A stretch of 64,000 nucleotides of DNA from Candidatus Kerfeldbacteria bacterium (GCA_903825245.1 CAIJZX010000031.1:14413-78412), one strand, 5' to 3'; counted from the first letter of the stretch, positions 1 through 10,408 are shown. Notes: a model not told the origin generated them from the letters alone. Numbers and translations: made by a program.

Positions 1-516
1 GCAGCGAGCAGTAAGGCCGCCGATCAGATTCGAAAAAAAGTCGGCGATAATACGCCCGGCACATATGTCATTCTCACGCCCGCCAGTGTCGTCAGCGCCC
101 CGAAACCAGAAGTCCCGAGCACCAGTTACCAAGTCACGGTCACCGAAAACGTCAGCACCATCACCTACTCCGCCGATCGCCTGCAAGACCTGATTCACAT
201 CGAACTCCAACGCCAACTCGCGGACGGCCAACAACTTGATTCGGTGGCAATGCCGAGTTTGAGCATGCCGAATGCACCGACAGCGACTCAGGCCAACATT
301 TCCGTGGAAGCAACGGGAACGGCGAGTTTATCATCGTCAGCCGCTCTCTTGAGCCCAACCTCATTCGTCAGTATGACCGCTTCAACAATTCAAACAAAAC
401 TTACGGGGACTGACGACATAAAGTCCGTTGTTATTCATCTTTCGCCCTGGTGGCGGACAACGACATCGGATCAGGTTGATCGCATAACCGTTTTGTTGGC
501 CAAACCAAAGTCGTAA
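1..516 (+). CDS. 3' end of a hypothetical Ser/Thr/Ala-rich protein (partial, continues upstream of the window)
   Basis: Frame 1 is open from base 1 to the stop at 516; low-complexity S/T/A-rich translation; no recognisable domain. Confidence 0.4.
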   Translation, partial: AASSKAADQIRKKVGDNTPGTYVILTPASVVSAPKPEVPSTSYQVTVTENVSTITYSADRLQDLIHIELQRQLADGQQLDSVAMPSLSMPNAPTATQANISVEATGTASLSSSAALLSPTSFVSMTASTIQTKLTGTDDIKSVVIHLSPWWRTTTSDQVDRITVLLAKPKS

Positions 517-539
517 ATTCTCCACTGCACAATAGCGCA

Positions 540-748
540 TAGAATGCTGGTTTGACGTAAAGTCACCACTGACGTACACTGACGGCACTGGAAAATTGTT
601 TACCCCACCACGGTACAGCCGCACAGCGGCGCCACAATCGGCCTAATTCCAGCGACAAATTGAAAGCGCTCGCCGAAGCCTAAGGCAAAGGTGAGAATCT
701 GGGTGGAACCATCCCGACACGTATCGGGATCCCAAGCATCATATTCTG
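540..748 (+). promoter_or_regulatory. thrS 5' leader with a T-box-like segment (aatctGGGTGGaACCatcccga) overlapping a 7-bp hairpin (atcccga-cacgta-tcgggat)
   Basis: Partial match to the T-box consensus AAUUAGGGUGGNACCGCG; UGGA would pair with a tRNA UCCA 3' end; the adjacent hairpin could act as terminator or sequestrator; no U-tract. Confidence 0.3.
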
Positions 749-2545
749 ATGGTTGGTTCTTTCGTTCATATCTCTCATTTATTTCCTATGACACAATCCA
801 CCAAACCCACAATCGAACAAATCCGACACACCCTCGCCCACTTGCTCGCGCATGCCGTGCAAGATCAATTCGCCCATGCCAAATTCGCCATCGGGCCGAC
901 GATTGAAAATGGTTTTTATTATGACCTTGAGCTAGACCGGCCGTTAACGCCGGATGATTTGAAACCGTTAGAAAAACGAATGAAGCACCTGGTGAAACAG
1001 CGACTGGCCATGGAGCGCATTGACACTAGCGCGCCGGGCGTACAGGAGTTTGTCGCCACCCAACCGTATAAACAGGAATTACTCGCCGACCTGAAAGCGA
1101 AAAACGAAACGGCGACGTTTTACAAAATCGGTTCCTTTATCGATCTCTGTCGCGGTGGCCACGTCACGTCGAGCGCCGACATTAATCCTGACGCCTTTCA
1201 ATTAACCCACATTGCCGGCGCATACTGGCGCGGTGACAGCACTAAGCCGATGCTCCAACGCATTTACGGTGTCGCCTTCGCAACCCGAGAAGAACTCCTG
1301 GCCTACATCGCCCAGCAAGCTGAAGCGAAGAAACGCGACCACAAGGTCCTCGGCCCAGAACTCGACCTCTTTACCTTCTCCGACCTTGTCGGTAGCGGCT
1401 TACCACTGTGGACGCCGAAAGGCACGATGATTCGTAACCTCCTCGACAGTTTCGTTTGGGAATTGCGCCAAGCTGTCGGCTATGAACAAGTTGATATTCC
1501 GCACATCACGAAGAAAGATCTCTACGAAAAGAGCGGCCATTGGCAAAAGTTCCAAGATGAACTTTTTAAGATCACCACTCGCGAAGGACACATCTTCGCG
1601 ATGAAACCGATGAATTGTCCGCACCACACGCAAATTTACGCCCGCAAGCAATTCTCCTACCGCGAACTGCCGCAACGATATGCCTCGACCACGAAAGTTT
1701 ACCGCGACGAACAAACCGGTGAACTGGCCGGGTTGTCACGCGTCCGCTCCATCACCCAAGATGACGCCCATGTCTTTTGCCGCACGTCACAAGTGGAAGC
1801 AGAAATTGAAAAGATTTGGAAAATCATTAAGACATTCTACAAAGCCGCCGGTTTTACTCTCACCTTGCGTTTATCGTTCCACGATCCGAAACATCCGGAA
1901 AAATATCTCGGCGGAAAAGAGAGCTGGAAGAAAGCCGAGGCCACGCTTCGCTCCATCGTGAAAAAAGCAAAAGTGCAAGCCGATGAAGCAATTGGTGAGG
2001 CGGCCTTCTACGGTCCGAAGATGGACTTCATGGCGAAAGACAGCCTGGGACGAGAATGGCAAGTCGCCACCATCCAACTCGATATGAACTTGCCGGAGCG
2101 ATTTAATCTGACATGCATCAACGAACAAGGAGAACATGAACGCATCGTCATGATCCATGCCGCCATCATGGGTTCCATCGAACGCTATCTAGCAATTCTC
2201 ATCGAACACTTCGCCGGAGCATTCCCATTGTGGTTATCGCCAATCCAAGTACAAGTTATCCCAGTCGCTAAGAAGCATAACGCCATCGCTAAGAAGTTAA
2301 CGAAGCAATTGACAGATGCCGGTATTCGCGTTCATCACGACGACATTGACGAAACGGTCGGCTACAAAATTCGCAAAGCTGAAAAGGCGAAAGTACCATA
2401 TATGATTGTCGTCGGCGATAAGGAAAAGTCGTTAACGAAATTAGCAATACGCGTGCGCGGGAAAAAGCAGGTCAAGATGGTGACGTTGAAAACTTGGATT
2501 CCGGCGCTGCAGGCCGGAGTCACCAAGCGTTCAATCGGTCTCTAG
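749..2545 (+). CDS. thrS: threonine--tRNA ligase (class II), second additional domain plus catalytic and anticodon-binding domains; no N-terminal TGS domain
   Basis: Translation has RHTLAHLLAHAV (SAD/editing HxxxH motif), FAMKPMNCPHHTQIY class-II core and a C-terminal anticodon-binding domain; start codon uncertain (no clear SD). Confidence 0.9.
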   Translation: MVGSFVHISHLFPMTQSTKPTIEQIRHTLAHLLAHAVQDQFAHAKFAIGPTIENGFYYDLELDRPLTPDDLKPLEKRMKHLVKQRLAMERIDTSAPGVQEFVATQPYKQELLADLKAKNETATFYKIGSFIDLCRGGHVTSSADINPDAFQLTHIAGAYWRGDSTKPMLQRIYGVAFATREELLAYIAQQAEAKKRDHKVLGPELDLFTFSDLVGSGLPLWTPKGTMIRNLLDSFVWELRQAVGYEQVDIPHITKKDLYEKSGHWQKFQDELFKITTREGHIFAMKPMNCPHHTQIYARKQFSYRELPQRYASTTKVYRDEQTGELAGLSRVRSITQDDAHVFCRTSQVEAEIEKIWKIIKTFYKAAGFTLTLRLSFHDPKHPEKYLGGKESWKKAEATLRSIVKKAKVQADEAIGEAAFYGPKMDFMAKDSLGREWQVATIQLDMNLPERFNLTCINEQGEHERIVMIHAAIMGSIERYLAILIEHFAGAFPLWLSPIQVQVIPVAKKHNAIAKKLTKQLTDAGIRVHHDDIDETVGYKIRKAEKAKVPYMIVVGDKEKSLTKLAIRVRGKKQVKMVTLKTWIPALQAGVTKRSIGL

Positions 2546-2546
2546 T

Positions 2547-3506
2547 ATGAACTGGACCGTTCATACTTGCCCGATTGACGACAATCTCGACATGCGGGCA
2601 GAGTTTTTAGTACGTAGCCGTCAGTACGAATTTGCAGTTGTGCGGTGTAAACGATGTGGATTACGCATGGTCAACCCTCAACCTCCAGCTGATATTCTCA
2701 ACTCTTTTTATGATACTGAGTACTATGGGAAACAAGCGGTGAAGTTTATTCCACTCATCCAATATTTACGGCGCCTATCTATTAAAAAAAAGGTTCGTGA
2801 CATCATGTCCCGTCAAAAGCGTGAATTCGGCAAGGCTTTGGATATCGGCTGTGCCGATGGCTCGTTTCTGTTTAATATTAAGCAACGGCAATGGGATACA
2901 GCCGGTCTTGAAATTTCGCCGACATTCCAAAAGAACTCCCATCTCGAGGAATTAAACATTATCATCGGCGATCTTGCTGATCAACACATTCCGGATCAAA
3001 CCGTTGATGTTGTAACTTTGTGGCACGTTTTCGAACATTTAGATGACCCGAATCGCTACTTGCGGGAAATAAAGCGTATGCTTGCTCCAGGTGGACTGGT
3101 GGTATTAACCGTTCCTAATAGCGACAGCTGGCAAGCGAAGCTATTTGGACAAGATTGGTTTCACCTTGATGTACCACGCCACCTTTACCATTACACGCCT
3201 TCCACGATAGCTAAAATTATTGCCCCCCATGGATTTCAGATTGAAGGAATTGAACATTTTTCCCTCGAATACAATCCCTACGGATATCTTCAAAGTTTTT
3301 TCAATCGAGTTCTACGAGACGATAATCGTTTCTACGACGCTCTAAAAAATATTCGTTCGATTCGGCCAACAACTTTTTGGCGAAACATCATCTGTGCCCT
3401 GCTTACGCCGATACTTGTAATCCCGGCTATCATCATGGCTTGGATTGAGGCCCAAATGGGTCACGGCGGTACAATTAGGGTGTATATAAAAAATACTGGT
3501 TCATGA
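2547..3506 (+). CDS. class I SAM-dependent methyltransferase with N-terminal Cys-pair (Zn-ribbon-like) and C-terminal TM helix
   Basis: LDIGCADGSFLF glycine-rich SAM motif; C...CKRCG near the N-terminus; hydrophobic C-terminus. Confidence 0.7.
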   Translation: MNWTVHTCPIDDNLDMRAEFLVRSRQYEFAVVRCKRCGLRMVNPQPPADILNSFYDTEYYGKQAVKFIPLIQYLRRLSIKKKVRDIMSRQKREFGKALDIGCADGSFLFNIKQRQWDTAGLEISPTFQKNSHLEELNIIIGDLADQHIPDQTVDVVTLWHVFEHLDDPNRYLREIKRMLAPGGLVVLTVPNSDSWQAKLFGQDWFHLDVPRHLYHYTPSTIAKIIAPHGFQIEGIEHFSLEYNPYGYLQSFFNRVLRDDNRFYDALKNIRSIRPTTFWRNIICALLTPILVIPAIIMAWIEAQMGHGGTIRVYIKNTGS

Positions 3507-5077
3507 GCGTCGTTTCTTTTCTATCACACCATCGTTTGCGTTTATGTTGGGCTATCGGTTTTTTAATTATTGGTTGGTCACTTTGGCAAACTATCTTTAC
3601 CACTGGATCACCGATGAGTGCTTACGGCAATCTTGGCGACGAAGCAGTGATGGTTCAGGCAGCAGAGCGAATTTATCACGGCCAAGTTCCGCATCGTGAT
3701 TTTTATTCATATCCGCCCGGCACCGCTTATTACCCTTTGGCAGGCTGGTTCTATGTTTTTGGCGATCGTTACATTGTCGTAAGAATGTTCTCTTTTGCTA
3801 CCGCCCTAGGAATTTGTCTCAGTCTATGGTGGATCGCCCATCGACTTACCTCATGGGGATCAACACTACCACCACTTATCTTTTCACTCCTCATTTTCCC
3901 TTTCTGGCCTTTTGTCTCCTACCATTGGACATTCCTCTTGCTGGCGCTCATCTCAACGGGCTTTCTAACCGGACCGCCAACGCGAAAACGTTGGCTGTCT
4001 GCTGGTATCAGTATGGGGTTGTGTTTCTTGATTTTACCGAATAAGGCACTAGCTTTATTTGCTGCACAAGTTTTAAGTATGATTTTTTTTCGCAGACAAT
4101 TAGATTTTCGCAGTAGTGCAAAACGATATTTCTTCGGTCTGGGCGGAGTAGCTGTCCTGACCGCGTTGGTGTTAACCGCGATTCATGGTTGGCCGACGGT
4201 TTGGCAAAGTGTAGTAATCAATAACCTGCGGTACTATCCACAAACTAGCAAGACTGCCCACAATCTCACCGGACTGTTAATGCAACTCATGGCCATGCTG
4301 ATTATCAGTTTTTCACTGCCGCTCTTCTTTAGGGTAATCAAACCTGACCAACGACCAACCTACATTTTAGTTGGACTATCACATATCGCGCTACTTTGTT
4401 CGACACTCTACTTCTTTGAACACGTACACGTTTTGCAAATTTTCGGTTTCGGGGTTATCCTGTTCGTTTGGACGTATTGGCTTCTTATTAAGAAGCTATG
4501 CATTACGTTTGATGCGAAAAGCTGGGTTGTGTTTAGATGCGCACTAGCGACTCTCTGCTTTGTCTATATAATAAGCACCTTGGAAATAGGGACCTTTTAT
4601 AGATTCGCAATCTTCAATGATGTATTTGTATCAAAAAATAGACAAATTGCCTATCATACACAAAAAGGAACCATCTATAATAACCCTACGTGGAGAAGTA
4701 GCATCACCAAAGAATTGCCGATCATGGACGATATTCTTTCAACCGGTCTCCGCGGCCAACAAATTTTCATTTTACCTTTTGCACCTGGGTATTATTATTT
4801 CTACGGATTCAACAATCCAACAGCGTATGATATATTACTGAGTGATAATTTGCCTCCTGGTGAGCTCGATCGCCTCAAGACAACCCTCAATCACACGGTC
4901 GATGTGGTGGTTTATTTGCCTTATAGTTGGGGTTTATCCCCAGACTCAGATATTATGCAATGGATTCAACAAGTGTACCCCAATCGCCTGGAAACACTTG
5001 ATGGTGAAATTGTCCTTTTTGGTAAAAAACCATTTAGTACAAGTCTCACCCAATTTATGCAAGAACACCATTCATAA
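3503..5077 (+). CDS. polytopic membrane protein, GT-C fold glycosyltransferase (ArnT/PMT-like); paralog of 46812..48374 and 48414..49997
   Basis: More than 10 predicted TM helices with a large C-terminal soluble domain; architecture and length match the two downstream paralogs. Confidence 0.55.
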   Translation: MSVVSFLSHHRLRLCWAIGFLIIGWSLWQTIFTTGSPMSAYGNLGDEAVMVQAAERIYHGQVPHRDFYSYPPGTAYYPLAGWFYVFGDRYIVVRMFSFATALGICLSLWWIAHRLTSWGSTLPPLIFSLLIFPFWPFVSYHWTFLLLALISTGFLTGPPTRKRWLSAGISMGLCFLILPNKALALFAAQVLSMIFFRRQLDFRSSAKRYFFGLGGVAVLTALVLTAIHGWPTVWQSVVINNLRYYPQTSKTAHNLTGLLMQLMAMLIISFSLPLFFRVIKPDQRPTYILVGLSHIALLCSTLYFFEHVHVLQIFGFGVILFVWTYWLLIKKLCITFDAKSWVVFRCALATLCFVYIISTLEIGTFYRFAIFNDVFVSKNRQIAYHTQKGTIYNNPTWRSSITKELPIMDDILSTGLRGQQIFILPFAPGYYYFYGFNNPTAYDILLSDNLPPGELDRLKTTLNHTVDVVVYLPYSWGLSPDSDIMQWIQQVYPNRLETLDGEIVLFGKKPFSTSLTQFMQEHHS

Positions 5078-5082
5078 CTCAT

Positions 5083-5916
5083 ATGCCAAGATTTACCGGC
5101 GAACGCATTATTCCTGACACTCCTTCCCTTCAATATACGTTTGCTCGTCACGAAGTCGTATATCGTGCCATCGCTAACCATCTCAAGCATCAACAGGTCA
5201 TAGATTGCGGTTGCGGAGAAGGATATGGCTCCTCCATCTTGCGCCAGCAAGCAGCAGCAGTGGTTGCCATTGACCGATCACCTTCAACTATTTCTGATGC
5301 TCAGCAGAAATACGTTCACCAAGGTATAACTTTTATTCCACAGGAATTAGAGCAAACCTGGCCATTCACCCAACAATCATTTGATGCAGCGGTATGTTGT
5401 CAGGTTATTGAACACCTCAAAATCCCCGAACTTCTCTTGCGTGAAATGTCCCGCATACTCAAGCCTTCGGGCTGGGCTGTACTGAGCACACCATTCCGTC
5501 CAACGTTTTCTCCCACCGGGGATATACTTGATCCCTATCATTTCCACGAATATGATCGGCAGGAGTACGAACAGCTCTTGAGAAAATTTTTTCCGACAGT
5601 TTCCATCTATGCCTTGACTGGTAACCAGATCATTATTGACCATCTCCATCGCGATATTTCTTCAATCCGTCGCATTGTAGCCCTTGACCTATTCCGACTC
5701 CGCCGCTGGCTTCCCTTGTCAATAAAACAATGGTGCTACGATGTAGGTTTGAACACCGTCAGACGACTCCAGTATGCCTCGGGTACGGTACGACCGGTTA
5801 CAATTCAAGATTTTCGAATTACTGCTAAACAGATTCCTGATGACCATGTACTCGACTTAATTGCCATCTGTGGTAATTCGGACGCCGTTCTACCAACCAT
5901 TACTTGGCCACTATAA
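5083..5916 (+). CDS. class I SAM-dependent methyltransferase
   Basis: VIDCGCGEGYGS motif I; acidic motif II; post-I region. Confidence 0.7.
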   Translation: MPRFTGERIIPDTPSLQYTFARHEVVYRAIANHLKHQQVIDCGCGEGYGSSILRQQAAAVVAIDRSPSTISDAQQKYVHQGITFIPQELEQTWPFTQQSFDAAVCCQVIEHLKIPELLLREMSRILKPSGWAVLSTPFRPTFSPTGDILDPYHFHEYDRQEYEQLLRKFFPTVSIYALTGNQIIIDHLHRDISSIRRIVALDLFRLRRWLPLSIKQWCYDVGLNTVRRLQYASGTVRPVTIQDFRITAKQIPDDHVLDLIAICGNSDAVLPTITWPL

Positions 5917-5919
5917 CGC

Positions 5920-6819
5920 ATGAAATGTCGACGACTTATTGTCCTTCTCGGTCCAACAGCTTCAGGCAAAACATCACTGAGCATTACACTCGCTAAACGG
6001 TTTCATGGCATTGTTATCTCTGCAGATTCCCGCCAAGTATATCGCGGTATGAATTTAGGTACAGGCAAGGTAACAAAACGAGAAATGTCCGGTGTGCCTC
6101 ATTACCTGCTCGACGTCGCTTCGCCGAAATCGACCTATACCGTCGCGAAGTATGTGCGTGACGTTACACGAGTAATAAAAAAAATATCCACATCAACGCC
6201 AATATTTCTTGTCGGCGGGTCACCGTTCTACATTGATGCCCTGACGAAGCCAAATTCATTTTCTGCTGTACCGCCAAATCCTGCGCTACGACGGCGGTTG
6301 GATAAATTGAACACCGCGCCATTAATGGCGCACTTATTAAAAATGGATCCTGTGCGCGCAAAAATTATTGACCCCTTCAACCGCCGCCGCCTCATTCGCG
6401 CCATCGAAATTGCTTTTTACAAATCTCCTCCTCGCGCGAGGAAAGACGCAAAGGTGGCTGCGATGCCAGAAATGAAAATCCTCAAACTCGGCGTCGCTAT
6501 AAACAAAGCTCAACTCCACCGCAACATTGACCACCGTGTTGACGTTCGCATGCGGCAAGGCATGGAATGGGAAGTACAACGGTTGCATGACAGCGGCGTG
6601 TCGTGGAAAAAACTTGATGATTTCGGATTAGAATATCGTTTTTTATCGCGTTATCTACGCGGCCAAATTTCGAAAAGTGACGCTGATTCGCAACTCAAAT
6701 TCGCCATACGTCATTTTGCAAAACGGCAAATGACGTGGTGGAAACAAGATAACGAAATTCACTGGATTTCAACATCAGCAGGCGCGACCGCCATCATTCA
6801 AAAATGGATAAGAGAATAA
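5920..6819 (+). CDS. miaA: tRNA dimethylallyltransferase
   Basis: IVLLGPTASGKTSLSI P-loop, ADSRQVYRGMNLGTGK, typical MiaA length. Confidence 0.9.
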   Translation: MKCRRLIVLLGPTASGKTSLSITLAKRFHGIVISADSRQVYRGMNLGTGKVTKREMSGVPHYLLDVASPKSTYTVAKYVRDVTRVIKKISTSTPIFLVGGSPFYIDALTKPNSFSAVPPNPALRRRLDKLNTAPLMAHLLKMDPVRAKIIDPFNRRRLIRAIEIAFYKSPPRARKDAKVAAMPEMKILKLGVAINKAQLHRNIDHRVDVRMRQGMEWEVQRLHDSGVSWKKLDDFGLEYRFLSRYLRGQISKSDADSQLKFAIRHFAKRQMTWWKQDNEIHWISTSAGATAIIQKWIRE

Positions 6820-8057
6820 CACTTGTTATAGGTTGCCTCATTGGTATTTTTCTACCATTGTTTGTTTCTGCAAAAACGTTAGCACCAAATCTCAAAAGCT
6901 TTCTGCAACCGATCTACACCAAGGATAGCCTGTATTTTGATGCCAATAACCACCGCTACGCCGATCCGACATATGGCCAACCAGAATGGACAACCCTACC
7001 TCCGAGTCGCGACGGTGTTTTTGCGGCTACCACGTACCAATTTCGAGCGAATAGCAGCGATGCGGCAGCTAAGAAGTATATGAAGTCGATGATCCAGCAA
7101 TCGATTACCAGGCTTTGCAAACCGGTTGTGTATGATAATTTTCAAGATTCACAAACAATGGTAGCGTTAGTCTTCCTTGAAACGAGCACGCCGTCACTGT
7201 GGACTCCTGAATTGCACCAACAATTATGGAATTGTATTACAAAAAACGCTCTTACTATTACCGAAACACGTGATACGGAAAATCGTTTATTTACCACAAT
7301 CGCTCGCTGGTCATACTTGCTTCCGCAACTCGAACAACGCGGCCTCATCTCCCACGATACAGAAACTTCCATTTCGGTCGTTCTGGCACAACGCATGGAT
7401 AGCGAAATAAAAAAAACGATTAGCCCATCGGGTTGGTATCGGGAAGGAACATCGTTTACTGTGCATTATGATATCGTTTCCGCTTACAATCTCCTACTCT
7501 ACGCCCGATGGTCGAAACAACCGAAATATGAAGTTCTGGCCAAAAAAATGTACACCAATATAAAACACATGGCCTTCCCGAACGGCATGATCGAATCCCT
7601 CATCGGCCATCGGCCAATCGGTTCCGGACCGCAAACGTACCTGATGCTCGGCGTTATGGGACGCGCCTGGAATGACCCTGATGCCGATGTGTTTTTCACC
7701 TATCTTTCGGGATCAACATTTTTTAGCGACCCGCGGTTCCCCAATCGATTGGAATACCACTACACCATCAACGATATTCCCGGCCTTAAACCGCTCTTCC
7801 ACGACGACATTGCTTTTTCTGATGTCGGCGAAACCGCTCGTCACCTACCGGGGCTGGCTATCAACCAACCCATTGTTCAGCAAAAGAAACTGCAACCTAT
7901 GGGAAATCTTTCTGACCGCGATTTCACAATTGTCCGGTCGAGTTCGAAGGTAACGATTACCGACCATGTTTTGAAAACCGTCACCACCGTCAAACAACGT
8001 CTTGACGGAATTCATACTGCCCTAACAAAAAAGGCCTTACCGAAAAACAAAAAATAG
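6804..8057 (+). CDS. hypothetical exported protein with signal peptide, possibly polysaccharide-active (alpha/alpha-toroid-like); no firm assignment
   Basis: N-terminal hydrophobic signal (LIGCLIGIFLPLFVSAKT); W/Y-rich 417-aa body; overlaps the miaA stop. Confidence 0.4.
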   Translation: MDKRITLVIGCLIGIFLPLFVSAKTLAPNLKSFLQPIYTKDSLYFDANNHRYADPTYGQPEWTTLPPSRDGVFAATTYQFRANSSDAAAKKYMKSMIQQSITRLCKPVVYDNFQDSQTMVALVFLETSTPSLWTPELHQQLWNCITKNALTITETRDTENRLFTTIARWSYLLPQLEQRGLISHDTETSISVVLAQRMDSEIKKTISPSGWYREGTSFTVHYDIVSAYNLLLYARWSKQPKYEVLAKKMYTNIKHMAFPNGMIESLIGHRPIGSGPQTYLMLGVMGRAWNDPDADVFFTYLSGSTFFSDPRFPNRLEYHYTINDIPGLKPLFHDDIAFSDVGETARHLPGLAINQPIVQQKKLQPMGNLSDRDFTIVRSSSKVTITDHVLKTVTTVKQRLDGIHTALTKKALPKNKK

Positions 8058-8097
8058 AGCTCATCCAAGAGTTATGTAAGACCGTGCGTTTTTCTCA

Positions 8098-9597
8098 CTA
8101 CGCCTCCAAGGCCTTCTTCAACATCTCCTGCACAACACCAGGATTGGCCTTTCCTTTTGATGCCTTCATGACTTGGCCAACTAGGAACTGAAGAGCAGCT
8201 GTTTTCCCTGCCCTAACATCACTAACTACCTTTTCGTTAGTTCCGATGACACTAGTAATCATTTTTTCAAGTTCATCACTGTTACTAACTTGCTCTAAGC
8301 CTAATTCTGAAATAAGGTTTGCAATTTCAGGTTTAGAATCCGGATTTTTTTCATAAATTTCCACCAGTTTTTCATACACGATTGCCGCTCCAGATGCATT
8401 GATTGTGGAAGTATCTAAGTAATACAATAACCAAGCGAGCGATTCAGCATGTGGCTTCGGCCTTGCTTTCGAATGTTCAGTAGAAATTCTGTTAATTAGC
8501 CAGTTAGCGATTAGCCTGGTGTATTTACCCTTACCATTTTTCCAACATAGATTCCCTTTTTCAATTCCTAGAAGTTCATCAAGTATTGCTTTAAACTCAG
8601 AGACAACTGACTCAAAGTATTTTGCTGACTGGATATCTTCAACTAATACCTGGGATTGATCATTTTTTAAGTCGTACATTTCAGCAAAACGTTCCCGTCG
8701 TGCGCTTGGCAACTCCGGAATCATGCCCTGTAATTCCATCACATGCGCGTCGCTGAAAATAATCGGCGGCAAGTCCGGTTCAGGGAAATAGCGATAATCA
8801 GCAGCTTCTTCTTTTGTTCGTTGTTCAACGGTGGTTTGAGAATTTTCATCCCACCCACGCGTCGCTTGAATCTTCGGCGGCTGGCCATCTTCCCACAACG
8901 CTGTTTGACGTTCAACTTCGTAGGTTAACGCACGTTCAACCGCACGGAACGAATTGATATTTTTTATTTCCGTTTTCGGATATAACTCATCGGTTCCAAT
9001 CGGCCGCAATGAAATATTAGCATCGCATCGCAAATGACCTTTTTCCATATCCGCGTCCGACACGCCAAGGTAGCGCATAATGAGCCGTAACTCCTGCATA
9101 TACGCTTTCGCTTCTTGCGGTGTGCGAAAATCCGGTTCACTGACGATTTCCATCAACGGCGTCCCCGCTCGATTGAGATCAACAAGACTGAAACTTCCAT
9201 TGTGCAACAATTTCCCAGCATCTTCTTCTAAATGCAGTCGATGAATGCGAAAAGTTTTTTTTGTGCCATCAATTGAAACCGTGATTGAGCCTTCAAAGCC
9301 AAACGGCTTATCGTACTGGCTAATCTGATACCCTTTCGGTAGGTCGGGGTAGAAGTACGATTTACGATCGAATTTTGACTCCTGGTTGACCTTGCAACCC
9401 AGCGCCAGAGACGCCATAATCGCCCAATCAATCGCCTGCGCGTTCGGTAACGGTAAAGCGCCCGGTTGGCCAGAACAAATGTGACAAACAGCGGAATTCG
9501 GCTCCTGGTCATCGCGATTATCGCAACGGCAAAACATCTTGCTCTTCGTTTTGAGCTGGACATGCACCTCTAAACCGATAATCGTCTCGAGTTCCAT
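8098..9597 (-). CDS. gatB: aspartyl/glutamyl-tRNA(Asn/Gln) amidotransferase subunit B
   Basis: MELETIIGLEVHVQLKTKSKMFCRC N-terminus; C-terminal GatB_YqeY-like tail (LVGQVMKASKGKANP). Confidence 0.92.
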   Translation of the reverse strand: MELETIIGLEVHVQLKTKSKMFCRCDNRDDQEPNSAVCHICSGQPGALPLPNAQAIDWAIMASLALGCKVNQESKFDRKSYFYPDLPKGYQISQYDKPFGFEGSITVSIDGTKKTFRIHRLHLEEDAGKLLHNGSFSLVDLNRAGTPLMEIVSEPDFRTPQEAKAYMQELRLIMRYLGVSDADMEKGHLRCDANISLRPIGTDELYPKTEIKNINSFRAVERALTYEVERQTALWEDGQPPKIQATRGWDENSQTTVEQRTKEEAADYRYFPEPDLPPIIFSDAHVMELQGMIPELPSARRERFAEMYDLKNDQSQVLVEDIQSAKYFESVVSEFKAILDELLGIEKGNLCWKNGKGKYTRLIANWLINRISTEHSKARPKPHAESLAWLLYYLDTSTINASGAAIVYEKLVEIYEKNPDSKPEIANLISELGLEQVSNSDELEKMITSVIGTNEKVVSDVRAGKTAALQFLVGQVMKASKGKANPGVVQEMLKKALEA

Positions 9598-9644
9598 AGT
9601 ACCGATACTCTACCAGATTTTTGAGAAAGAAAAAAGGTCAAGCG

Positions 9645-9998
9645 CTAGGAGGCCTGACCGATGGAAACCTTGATACCGTGCCCACTGAGAAGCAGACACG
9701 TCTCGGAACAAGACTCGCAACCACAGTTGAAGATATGGTCGAATGCTGCGTTCCAAACATGTACCTTCGGCACCTCACCCTGAAACATACTCGTAATTGC
9801 CTTGGCCGCTGAAGCGCAGTCCAACTTGACTTTATGCGACTCACGAATGATATCGAGAACTCCACTACAACCCTCGCACATCATTGCCTTTCTCAAAACT
9901 TCAGTATCTTGATTCTCCCACGCCCCTACCAACACATCATAGTTGTAATGTGTACAGTGGAACGGGTTACGACTGTCAAGAGCAACATGAAAAGTCAT
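9645..9998 (-). CDS. hypothetical Cys-rich small protein (about 117 aa); start taken at the internal Met preceded by AAGGAGG
   Basis: aaggaggg + 5 nt + ATG on the minus strand; eight Cys including CEGC and CGCESCSETC clusters. Confidence 0.45.
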   Translation of the reverse strand: MTFHVALDSRNPFHCTHYNYDVLVGAWENQDTEVLRKAMMCEGCSGVLDIIRESHKVKLDCASAAKAITSMFQGEVPKVHVWNAAFDHIFNCGCESCSETCLLLSGHGIKVSIGQAS

Positions 9999-10356
9999 GG
10001 TTCCCTCCTTTGGAATGAACAATAAAACCGATGGCCTCGATACTACTCCGACCATGATTTCGCGTCAAGTATTCTTCTGAGGTTTTCGGTTGTAACGCTT
10101 TGTCTTATCCTAGAATCTCTACTTCGTATTCATCGAAATAATCAGAACATCGAAAAATACCACGCGACTAGTTATTAAACGTAGCCGTAGAATTATTATC
10201 GACATAACCTTGGGAACGCGATCTCCCCGCTCCCCATCGCCCGACCATCACCTCAGCCAAAGAGACAAGTATTGGTGGCACCCCAGACACAGTTGGTGAA
10301 TGGAACCACTGGCATCGGCCGCCGGAACGACGGAGAACGGGGAGACGGCCACCGCC

Positions 10357-10380
10357 GGACCCCTCCTTTCGGAAGGAGGG
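10357..10380. terminator. GC-rich hairpin cccctcctt-tcgg-aaggagggg downstream of ssb (no U tract)
   Basis: Perfect 9-bp stem with a tetraloop; positioned 30 nt after the ssb stop. Confidence 0.5.
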
Positions 10381-10408
10381 GCGTAGGGGTGGTCAAAAAC
10401 CCCGCCGG

